63,455 nucleotides of DNA from Octopus bimaculoides (Eukaryota), in the NCBI RefSeq assembly GCF_001194135.2, contig NC_068999.1, forward strand, positions 49,468,347 through 49,531,801. The letters run 5' to 3'. How positions within the stretch are numbered: position 1 is the first letter of the stretch; the number at the start of each line of letters is the position of its first letter. Shown piece after piece: positions 26,855 through 37,920 of the stretch. Below the pieces are notes generated by a model. The model was not told where the DNA came from, ran no database searches, and was given only the letters and a program-made list of their open reading frames with translations. A program made the position numbers and the translations under genes.

Positions 26855-27288
26855 CAGGTGGCGAACTGGCAGAAACGTTAGCACGCCGGGCGAAATGCTT
26901 AGCGGGATTTCGTCTGCTGTGACGTTCTGAGTTCAAATTCCGCCGAGGTCGACTTTGTCTTTCATTCTTTCGGGGGTCGATAAATTAAGTACCAGTTACA
27001 CACTGGGATCGGTGTAATCGACTTAATCCCTTTGTCTGTCCTTGTTTGTACCCTCTATGTTTAGCCCCTTGTGGGCAATAAAGAAATAAGAAACGTTAGT
27101 ACGCCGGGCGAAATGCTTAGCGGTATTTCGTCTGCCGTTAAATTCTGAGTTAAAATTCCACCGGGTTCGACTTTGCCTTTTATCCTCTCGGGGTTGATAA
27201 ATAAAGTACCAGTTGCGGACTGGGGTTGATCTAATCGACTGGTCCCCCTCCCCTCAAAATTTCGGGCCTTGTGCCTAGAGCAGAAAAT
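26855..27288 (+). mobile_element. Dimeric SINE family A insertion flanked by a 17-bp TSD
   Basis: Two units with different tails; flanks AATATGTCAATCTATTT (26838-26854) and AATATGTCAACCTATTT (27289-27305). Confidence 0.8.
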
Positions 27289-27387
27289 AATATGTCAACC
27301 TATTTACTGCAGGTTTATATTTTGAATGATTAATTTGCTTGAAGAATTCCAAGACTTGTACTACAAGTTAATATATTTAGTCCCCTT

Positions 27388-27478
27388 AAGGTGGAAAGTT
27401 GGCAGAATCATTAGCATGCTGTGCGAAATGTTTAGCGGTATTTCGTCCGCTTTCACGTTTTGAGTTCAAATCCCGCGT
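27388..27478 (+). mobile_element. SINE family A head, 3'-truncated
   Basis: AAGGTGG..TTGGCAGAATCATTAGC..TGAGTTCAAATCCC. Confidence 0.75.
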
Positions 27479-28504
27479 TTTTCAATAAAGTATTTGAACC
27501 TCACACGACCACTCAGTACTTCTCGTACCTCAGTTGCTGTTTTAATATTGTCATATTATTTCATTTCTTCTATGAAAATGTGCTGCCAACCTTCATGATA
27601 AGTTTTAATTTCCACCTTTTTCAGGCTGAGCTTTTCTCCTAACAGTTCAGCAAAGCTACACACATCCGCTTGGAATTGAACACCATACGCCCATTGTAGT
27701 TTACCAAATCTATTTATAGTTAAAAAAATACGAAATGGATTTTACTATTATAGAGATATGTCCCACTGTGGATCTCAAATGCATACCTCCTCCTCTTAAT
27801 AGTAGTAGTAGTAATAGTAGTTGTTGTTATTGTTGAAAAATTGAAGAACGGTATCGTCCCTTTAACCGAAGACAATCACTTTCACTCAGTCGCAGACAAG
27901 ATGGTCGCCAAAGGCTGAGTAGTGTGAGTACAGCATATGATGCTAATGATACCACATATAAATGTCTCTCCGCTAAGTCTCAACGATACTGTATTAGAAT
28001 TCAACTGCACTATAATATGTTTAAATATTTACCATGTTTCAACGACACGATATTATGTCTCAGCGATATTAAATTATGTTTACATGGTACTATGATATCT
28101 TTAAACGGTTCTATTTTTATGTTAGTCTCTTTGAAAATTTCTCTGGAAGAAATATTATAGCTAGTGCCGTTCCATTTTCGTTCACACATTACAAATATTA
28201 TACACGCCTGTATATTTAATCTAAAGTTGTTTAAAGTGCGTATATTAATTCATTTATAGCCTGACTGGTTGTCACAGACACCAGAAAATATTTTGTTTAC
28301 CAATTTCTTTATCAGAATAAGCATTTTTCGCTTAGCTCCGAACGTTCAGGGTATTTATCACTGAAGAAACTAATCAGGTTAAAACTGAGCAATTAGCGAT
28401 CTATTGGCATTCCGAGCAAAGGCCTGTGTTTTTTTTCTCGAAAGTTCGATTGACAGGGATTTATGAGACGAAATATTACAGCGCCTGCGCCTACATATTG
28501 TATA

Positions 28505-29007
28505 TATAGGTGCAGACGTGGTTGTGTGCTAAGAAGTTCGTTTTCCAACCACATGGTTCCGACTTCAGTCCCACTGTGTGGCACCTTGGGCAAGTGTCTT
28601 CTACTATAGCCTCGGACTGACCAAAGCCTTGTGAGTGGATTTGGCAGACGGAAAGTGAAAGAAGATCGTCGTATATATATATATATATATATNNNNNNNN
28701 NNNNNNNNNNNNNNNNNNNNNNNNNNNNNNNNNNNNNNNNNNNNNNNNNNNNNNNNNNNNNNNNNNNNNNNNNNNNNNNNNNNNNNNNNNNNNNNNNNNN
28801 NNNNNNNNNNNNNNNNNNNNNNNNNNNNNNNNNNNNNNNNNNNNNNNNNNNNNNNNNNNNNNNNNNNNNNNNNNNNNNNNNNNNNNNNNNNNNNNNNNNN
28901 NNNNNNNNNNNNNNNNNNNNNNNNNNNNNNNNNNNNNNNNNNNNNNNNNNNNNNNNNNNNNNNNNNNNNNNNNNNNNNNNNNNNNNNNNNNNNNNNNNNN
29001 NNNNNNN

Positions 29008-29055
<48 letters not shown>

Positions 29056-29235
29056 AAATATATAATATATATATGTTTGTGTGACTGTGTTTGTCTCCCT
29101 GACATCGCTTGACAACCGACGTTGGTGTGTTTGCGTCCCCGTAACTTAGCGGTACGGCAAGAGAGGATGAGTACTAGGCTTACAAAGAATAAATCCTGGC
29201 TGCAGTCAAATGACTGAAACAAGTAAAAGAATAAA
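28505..29235 (+). mobile_element. SINE family B, full length; internal microsatellite spans an assembly gap
   Basis: Head 28505-28672, (TA)n-gap-(TG)n, tail 29085-29235. Confidence 0.9.
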
Positions 29236-29379
29236 AGATTAAAAGAATATCATTGAAATCTTGAAGCTACGAAATAATGCATGATTAAATAATTCAAAGC
29301 TGTTTGAAAAATGAAGCATTATACATTTGACAGAGACATACGTATGCTAAAGGGTTAGTTCATACTACAGCATATCTAA

Positions 29380-29885
29380 ACACCTTTTTTGTGTCCTTGT
29401 GATCTAGTAGTGTCCGAACGTTCCAAGTAGAGCACTGGATGCCATGGCGTGATTTTGTTTAAGGTGGACCGCCACTTGCCAGGCGGAAGCCCACTCACTT
29501 GGCTCAGAGGATGTCATCAGTGGCACCGTGGCGGAGACGTATTGACTGTGCCGTGGATCAGTTCTTTTAGGCCACGGCTTGTTGTAGCCAGCCCGCTTGG
29601 CATAGCCTTCTTCCGCTGTCACAGCCATTGAGAGACATAGTTGTCGCTTCGTCTGCCTGATCAACCGTTGAGGACTTGATGATTCCTTCACGTAGCCTTA
29701 GCCTAAAGAGGCATCCTGCAAGGCAGCAGAGGAAGATCCAATTTTTACCCATTGGTGGGGTCCTAACAGAGCGGACCTGGGAGAAATGGCAACTAAGGGG
29801 TGTCTCCACGCTCCTCATAACTCCTGTCCTCTAGAACTGGAGCTTCACCACCGGTTGCAGTTTTGTGTCTTACCCAGGACCATAT
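29380..29885 (-). mobile_element. RTE-clade LINE 5' UTR and start of the APE endonuclease ORF
   Basis: Minus strand ACT TGG AAC GTT CGG ACA CTA CTA GAT = TWNVRTLLD (29402-29428), the APE N-terminal motif typical of RTE; preceded by a GC-rich structured leader. Confidence 0.65.
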
Positions 29886-30026
29886 ACAAACACCTTTATA
29901 TTGTATTTAAACAGTACCGTACTGTGTTTAATTGTCAGCATACCATGTCTATAAATAGTCCGAAAAGTACGAAACGGATAGAACTATTATAGCTGTATAT
30001 TTCAACTGAACACCACTTTCTCCACA

Positions 30027-30093
<67 letters not shown>

Positions 30094-30107
30094 TGTTGTT
30101 GTTGTTG
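30027..30107. repeat. (TAG)n-(TTG)n compound microsatellite
   Basis: Direct reading. Confidence 0.95.
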
Positions 30108-30434
30108 ATAGTGTTCTTGATATTATTGCTGTCTTAGAAGTAGAAGCAGCGGTAGTAGTAGTAGCAGCGATTGTTGTTCTAGGTCTCCCTTCATCTGTTT
30201 GCTGCTTAAGCGGAAAGCACACATAAATAGCGCCGTAATCGGCCACGAAGTGCACAAGTAGACAGCACCGGTGCTCTTCACCAAGCACCAAGCTTCCAGA
30301 TGTTTCATTATACTTGCCTTCGTTAGCCCTCCGCCTCCACCCGCCAGCTCGGATTCCCCCACCGTTTATGGAATAGCTACACCCAGCATATTTTGCAAAT
30401 GCATTGTATTTTATGAGCAGCTCATTGGCCAATA

Positions 30435-30475
30435 TGATGATAATAATAATAATGATAATAATAATAGTAATAATA

Positions 30476-30546
<71 letters not shown>

Positions 30547-30555
30547 AATAATAAT
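30435..30555. repeat. (AAT)/(GAT)n compound microsatellite
   Basis: Direct reading. Confidence 0.95.
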
Positions 30556-30619
30556 GGTTTCTAGTCTTGACACAAGCCTGCAATATTTTTTGTGCTAAAC
30601 GGGTACTTATATATATTTA

Positions 30620-30860
30620 TGTATGTATATATGAGTGTGTGTGTATTTCTGTTTTCCTCACCACTTGACAACCGGTGTTGGTGTGTTAACGTCCACGTAA
30701 CCCCAGCAGTTCGGCGAAAGAGACGAATAAAATAAGTATCAGGCTGTAAAAAAAAAAAAAAAAAGAAATAATGGGGATCGATCAATTCAGCTAAAAAAAA
30801 TACTTCAAAGCAGTCGCTCCAGCATGGCCACAGTATAGTTACCGAAACAAGTAAACCATA
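30620..30860 (+). mobile_element. SINE family B, 3' half
   Basis: TTGACAACCGGTGTTGGTGTGTTAACGTCC..CTCCAGCATGGCCACAGT..GAAACAAGTAAA after a TA/TG run. Confidence 0.8.
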
Positions 30861-31509
30861 AATGACAAAGAAAAAAAAAAAAAAGATACATCGTAAACTT
30901 AGGTCTTAGCTATTGACAAAAAAAAAATACAACGTAAACTTAGATCTTAGCTATTGACAACATCCTTGTTCTGCAATATTCGGTCTTGTGTTGAATTCAT
31001 TGTTCTCAATGAAATTGTATTTAATCAAAGATTTCTCTATTTACTTCACGAACATCATTCCTCACGAGACAAGCAGTCACACTAAATCAGTAAGAGTTTA
31101 TTAAAATCTGCCAAACGGATTTTAAACCAGTTGACATATTTATGTACATTGACATTTTTCCCTGGAGCAGAATTGAAGTTTAATATTTTAGCGGCAGGCT
31201 GGGAGTAGATCTGATATACCATATAATCTGCGACTGATTGGAAGAAATGTCATAGCAATATTCCTGCCTATGTTGTGTATTTCAAGAATGAAATTTAATA
31301 TGTCACGCAAAACATATGGAAGTGTTTAGCGTAAAACAATCTCGGCAGCAGCAACAGCAGCAACAGCAGCAACAGCAGCAATAGCAACAGTGGTAGTAGT
31401 ATTAGTATTTGTAGTAGTGGTAGTAGTATAGAAGTAGTGGTAGTTGTAGTAGTAGTGGTACCAATAGTGCATTGCATGCGCGTATACACGCATATATGTA
31501 TCTGCATAC

Positions 31510-31564
<55 letters not shown>

Positions 31565-31597
31565 CATATAAACGCTCATGTGCCTATGTTCATGCAC

Positions 31598-31673
<76 letters not shown>

Positions 31674-32393
31674 AATATGTATGCACGTATACATATATAC
31701 GTAACATACATACACGCCCATACAAACACACACAATAATAGTTCCGGCATAAATTTACGCATAAATTCATGTACAAAGCTGTTTTGCATATCAGCCTATG
31801 AAATGAGAATATGGCGCAACAGTGGAAAAATTTGATTATTACAAACATAGCTCCATAAGTGCAATAAAACATACACGTAAATAAATACATTGAAACGTGA
31901 ATATTAAAAATTATAAGTAAAATATACAACAGTTTCCATGTTTAACGATTCAGAGCATCCAATTGAAAATAACCTCTTCATTACCAACGAAGCCAACATG
32001 AAGTGTTCAATAGCAGAATAAGAAAGATAACTGGATTAAAGACAACTCAATGTGTTTTCATTAACTCCGTCAGTTACAGCGTGAAAAACGCACACAAAAG
32101 TATGCAACCGTCCTTCGCCCATATATATATGCATATCATATATCTATACGTCTATTTGTATATAGACATATCATCATCATCATCAACATTATGATCATCA
32201 TTATTATAATTCCTTTTTATCACAGGTTTTGTTGGTGCTCTTGGAGTCTTGCGCGCGTAGCGGGCTTGCTAACTGCAGCTTACGGTACCATGTTATACAT
32301 TCTCTTCAGCAATCTAATACTTCCCTGATTATTCTGGTCGTGCCAAGGAGGCAAACATTTCACCTTCTTCATTTTCCGTAGCCGTGCTATTCC

Positions 32394-32611
<218 letters not shown>

Positions 32612-32613
<2 letters not shown>

Positions 32614-32800
32614 GGCGGTGAGCTGGCAGAATCGTTAGCGCGCTGGACGAAAGGCTTAGCGGCATTTCGTCCGTCTTCACGTTCTGAGTTCAAGCTCCAC
32701 CGAGGTCGACTTTGCCTTTCACACACTCAGGGTCGATAAAATAAGTGCCAGTTGTCGATATAATCGACTTAACCTCACCCTGAAATTGCTGGTTTATGAA
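32612..32800 (+). mobile_element. SINE family A abutting a (TAT)n array
   Basis: ..TATTATT-AAGGCGGTGAGCTGGCAGAATCGTTAGC..GAGTTCAAG..CCGAGGTCGACTTTGCC. Confidence 0.85.
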
Positions 32801-33406
32801 ACCAATATTCTAAGACTTTGCCAGACTTTTGTATCAATTGTTATACAAAGGACATATTTTTCTGGCGTCCATGCATTATATATAATACATATTCCCAGTT
32901 TGGCTCAGCCACCACAGTAAGAGGCCATTTATGAAAATAAAGCATTATATTATTCAGAACGTATGTTAGAAGGGTTAACTAAAAGTTTGAAAACAAGCAT
33001 GGACGTTTGGAGAAAAAAAAAAAGAAATCATGAAAATGTTATGGACAAAGCAAACGGTTAAGCTAGGTTTATTCTACTGGAAATCAAATATTATTTCTGA
33101 TTTTCCCAAGAGGCGAGATATCGAATTTATCTCACTACTGAAAAAAAAAAAAAAAAGCCTGAAAAAGATTCGATAGAAAATAATATAGATTTCATTAATA
33201 CAAAGCAGAAGAAAAGTATTGCAGGAGAAGACATAGCAATATAGAGATAAGATTTTAATGTTGATAATAATATCGGGCATTAGCAATATGAAACTGATAC
33301 AGAATCTACTATAACCACTAATATTGCCTGGTGACGATGTTACCGCTTACAAAATGTACAGCGACTATCTTTACATCTATTGAAATTNNNNNNNNNNNNN
33401 NNNNNN

Positions 33407-33477
<71 letters not shown>

Positions 33478-33958
33478 ATAATATATACATGATAATGTAT
33501 GAATTGTAAGACTTACAATTAGTATGTGTTGTACAAGGGTAAAATCGTATTTGGTATACACCTCAATATTTGTTGTAGAGTGGAAAGGTACGTATCTAAT
33601 ACAGGAAAAAAAAAGGACAATTATTCCAAAGAAATATTGCTTCTGTTGCACATACCGAATTTTTATTCGACCAACCGGTTAATTGCAACATCAGTGACTT
33701 TTTGAATCGCTGTTTTCCTATATCAGTGATGGCAAATTTTGTCTTGGGGTGCTTTTGTCAGCGGGCACATGCTGTAGAGGAAGCTTTAAATAACAGAAAT
33801 ACGCCGCTAGCATTCATGCCACCTACTGAGCGATTTATATCTGTTACTGATGCATTTTTGTCTGTTTTGGCACTGTACGTCCTTAAGAGATATTACTTCT
33901 GGACATATGTCTCAGTTAATTTGACTTTCTGCGTTGTTGTATTAAGTACGATACACAG

Positions 33959-34039
<81 letters not shown>

Positions 34040-34239
34040 AACCTTTAGCGCACTGTAGGTGCATCATGTCGCCATATGAGTTTTTCTCTCCTGCGGTAAC
34101 AGGACAGTGGCAAGAGAAACGATTCTAGAGAAACTGTAGTGTCCTAAATATTAATCACACAGCCATGCCTGTACCGAAGACGAGGAAACGTTCAAAATAT
34201 CCTTGATACTAAGGATATTTTGGCAGAATTCTTATAAGG

Positions 34240-34440
34240 ATACCGGCAGAATTGTTAGAACACCGGGATTCAAATTCCTCCTATGTCGACTTTGCAAACC
34301 GAGTTCAAATTCCTCCGAGGTCGGCTTTGTGTTGTCGGTAAAACAAGTACCAGTTAAGCAAGGGTCATGTAGTCGACTAAATCCTCCCCTCGCCTCCCGC
34401 TCCTAGAATTTGGTGGCCTTCTTCGAAAATTTGAAACTAA
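34240..34440 (+). mobile_element. SINE family A, rearranged and degenerate
   Basis: GGCAGAATTGTTAG; the B-box/core segment TTCAAATTCCTCC..GTCGRCTTTG occurs twice. Confidence 0.6.
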
Positions 34441-34911
34441 CACATTACTACAACCATGATTTTAATATCAATACTTGGTATTCTTCTTGCTTTCTTTCCT
34501 TTTTTGCTGAATAGTATTTCTTATTCTGCTGCTCTTATCTCACATCTGCATAATGTATCAATGACTCTAATCCTAGTTAATATTTCTATTTAAGATTTAA
34601 TAAAATCTCTTACATCTGTAGATCGTATGAGAATCAGAAGTGAAAAAAAAAAACTAGAACAAGCAAAACAAACCAAAAATAAGAAAGAAATTAAAGAAAT
34701 ATATTGTATTAGTGCAAACGTAGCTATGTGGTTCAGAAGTTCGCTAGGGACCACGGAGATTCTGTTTCGACATCAATGTGTGAAACGCTCGGGAAGTGTT
34801 ATTTCTTTCATTCCGTTATTTATTTATTTAGTTACATTTGATTGATTGATTGATTATACGATATGAGAGAAATTTGCTAGACAGAAACTGTATGATATCA
34901 TTAATATTACT

Positions 34912-35545
34912 ATGCTTAGCGGCATTTCGTCTGTCTTTCCGTTTGGAGTTCAAATTCCGCCGAGGTCGACTTTGCCTTTCATCCTTTCGAGGTTTATAAG
35001 TTAATTACCAGTTGAGTACTGGGGTCGTTGTAATCGACTTACCCCTCCCCTAAAATTTCAAGCCTTGTGCTTTTATTAGAAAGGATTATTATTAAGATGG
35101 CGGTCTGGTAGAATCGTTAGCTCGCTAAGCGAAATGCACAGAGGTATTTGTCTGTCTTTACATTCTGAGTTCAAATTCCGTGGAGGTCGGCTTTGCCTTT
35201 CATCCTTTCGGGGTCGATAAAATAAGATAAGTACCAGTTGAGCACTGAGATCGATGTAATCCACTTACCTCCTACCCCTAAATTGCCGACCTTGTGCCAA
35301 AATTTAAATCCATTATTATTATTATTACTGTTAAGGCGGTGAGCTGGTAGAATCGTTAGCACGCTGGGACAAATTATTAGCGGCATTTCGTCAGTGCTTA
35401 CAATCTGATTTCAAATTTCGCCGAGGTTGACTTTTCCTTTCATCCTTTTTAAGGTCGATCAAATAAATACCAACTGAGCAGTGGGGTCGAAGTAACCGAC
35501 TTAAACTCTCCCCAAACGTACTGGCCTTGTGCCAAAATATAAAAG
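34912..35545 (+). mobile_element. Head-to-tail array of three SINE family A copies separated by (TTA)n
   Basis: Units ~34912-35085, 35093-35310, 35333-35545; junctions GAAAGGATTATTATTAAGATGGCGG and ATCCATTATTATTATTATTACTGTTAAGGCGG. Confidence 0.85.
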
Positions 35546-35949
35546 ACAATATTACTATAACTATTGTGTGTATCTGCATGTCATTTCGTGCGTCTGTGTG
35601 GAAGAAAATTGAGTCATAAAGCATGTATGAGAGTGACAGAGTAAATAGTATACAATATTCAGTTACGTCCTTTTATGTTCTCACTTCAGGTCCCGCTGGA
35701 ATCGATTTTAGCTTTTAGCTTTCTGGAGTGAAATGAAATCAACATAAATGATGTCGGGGGATTGACTAGTCAATATTAACAACATATCCGCTGTCAAGTA
35801 TCAAAGTAATTATTTGTGCTTTTATCGTGACTCATTATCAACACAGGGGCATATCTTTATATTAACAAAAAGAAAAAATATCCTATTTGTAGTCATAGCT
35901 GTAGCGATGAAGGTCACTTTGCAACCCCATGGCTTCGCGTTTTGCTCTA

Positions 35950-36030
35950 CTGCGCAGTCCAGGAATCGAAACCACGATCTCGCGATCGTGAGCGCAACAT
36001 CCTAACCACTAGGCCATGCCCTCTTACACG
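35950..36030 (-). mobile_element. SINE family D head fragment
   Basis: CCAGGAATCGAAACCAC..CTAACCACTAGGCCA is the reverse complement of the family D head. Confidence 0.75.
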
Positions 36031-36695
36031 CAGATACATACATACAGACAGACAGACAAACAGACAGTTTTTTAAGTACCCCAAGAAAATTTTCTGCAAA
36101 ATCATTTTGTTAGCAAGACATTAGAGAAGTATGCATGTAAGTATACGTGAATGGCTTAGTGAGTGACTGACTCACTTATTTAAATTTCCAATTATCTCTC
36201 CAGTACAGAAAAAGTCGCTGTCCACTGCATTATTAACGCTTTTTAAATGGAGTTTAGACAAAACTAACCATATAGTCATCTATTTGTGCATTTGTACCCA
36301 GATATGCCTGGATATATTTAGGTGTTCTAATCGGCATACATATACAGATGCATACATGCAGCTCCTAGAGATTTTATCATATTTTTACAGTTCTATAAAC
36401 ACCTTGGATTTATAATTTTCGTTGTGAATCCCAAATTCTCTCGATTGCTGCAGAAGGTGTTCGTACTCTAGTCACCTGTATAAATCTAAAATTAAAATAT
36501 GTGTGGTATAGACAGATTTGTTATTAGTTTACCATAGGTGTTGTTGCTTTCTATCTTTCAACAATATATTAATGTCTGCTGGGCAACTAGCAGCACGAAT
36601 GTTACAAGCTAATCTTTTGAAAATTTTTGCACACTGCGAAAGTCCTGCTCACAAATTAAATTTGCAGGATTCTTTCCCGCCCGAGGCAGCTGAAT

Positions 36696-36752
36696 TGTAT
36701 GTATGTATGTATGTATGTATGTATGTATGTATGTATGTATGTATGTATGTAT
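36696..36752. repeat. (TATG)n microsatellite
   Basis: Direct reading. Confidence 0.95.
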
Positions 36753-37699
36753 ACATATATATAAGCATATCAGACATCAAAGGAAAAAATATAACCTAAT
36801 TATACATCAAAGAAAAATTTGAAGAGAGTCGCAGTTTAAACTAACCGGTGTTCGAAAGCAGCACCTCAATAATTATGTGTTGTATAGCATACACACATAT
36901 GTGCACGCATACATATACACTTATGGAATAAGCGCATAAACAGTTGGATGGAATATTCGGTTAATGGGTGAGGTTTGCATTTGAAATGGTTAACAAGATA
37001 CGGATGAATTATGACATAGCAGTTGATATTTACCGTTTGATGAATAATAAATAAGGACCCGATTAAACGGCAGCAGTGGTAAATATAACTGGGGTCTAGT
37101 CGAAAGATGATGGCTCTATTGCGTTTTTAGTTGTATTTGCGGCATTCACATGAAAATGTTAACTGATCTTTGCAAACCCACGAAACATTTCAATTATAGA
37201 CTGTTTGCTTACCTTTAAGTATCAAGTAATACCATGACTTCCACCAGTTTCATTCGAGCCCACATGAGAGTCTATATGCCAGGGATTCGCCATCTTGAGT
37301 ACCCGTATGCTTTCGTGGTGTGAAACGTGTTAGTTTAATGGGTGCAACAAACAGGGAAAGTATATACTGTTCTTTGAAAGTAAATGCTTTGTGTATGTTA
37401 ATGTACCTATAATTAGAAATAATTACCTTCGGCGCCACAAGCGAGCCTCTCCACCGGGAGATACTACACTGGGTGCATGCATCCTTCTTGATGGAGTAAG
37501 ATAGGATTTTAGTGTGTGCAGCAAAGTGGAGAATGTTTATTAAAATCCATTTTCAAACTAAACTTATCTTAAAAATGAATTTGTTCTCTTAAATACAGCA
37601 AGAACATTATTATTTCACAGTATTGTAAGTGGTTCACTTTAAAATAAAATAAGATAAAACTTTGATTAGAAATTTGACTTTATTATCTACAATTGTGAT

Positions 37700-37920
37700 G
37701 GTGGCGAGAGGGCAGAATAGTTAGGAAGACGGACAAGATGTTTTAAAGATGACCTTAAAATGCTTAGCGGTATTTCGTCCCTCTTTATTTTCTGAGTTCA
37801 AATTCCGCCGAGGTCGACTTTGCCTTTCATTCTTTCGGGGCCGCGACGTAATCGACTTATGCCATCCCCTCAAGCTTGTTGGCCTTGTGCCGAAAGTTTT
37901 GAAAGCATTATCTCCAAATG
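37700..37920 (+). mobile_element. SINE family A, diverged
   Basis: ATGCTTAGCGGTATTTCGTC..GAGTTCAAATTCCGCCGAGGTCGACTTTGCC..GGCCTTGTGCC. Confidence 0.8.

Noticed and set aside
29935-30573. 212-aa minus-strand ORF with poly-I and poly-T
   Set aside because: Both ends are trinucleotide microsatellites, and the middle has no recognisable domain or splice support.
32226-32260. Good acceptor (TTTTTATCACAG) followed by GFVGALGVLRA*
   Set aside because: Too short, with no partner exons or donor; similarity to the RLE GALG motif may be chance.
33724-33775. CAGTGATGGC..GCGGGCACATG, resembling a hAT left end
   Set aside because: No matching right TIR or 8-bp TSD found.
34912-35545. Regularly spaced repeats that could suggest a CRISPR-like array
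   Set aside because: The units are ~210-bp tRNA-derived SINEs without unique spacers, the context is eukaryotic, and there are no cas genes.
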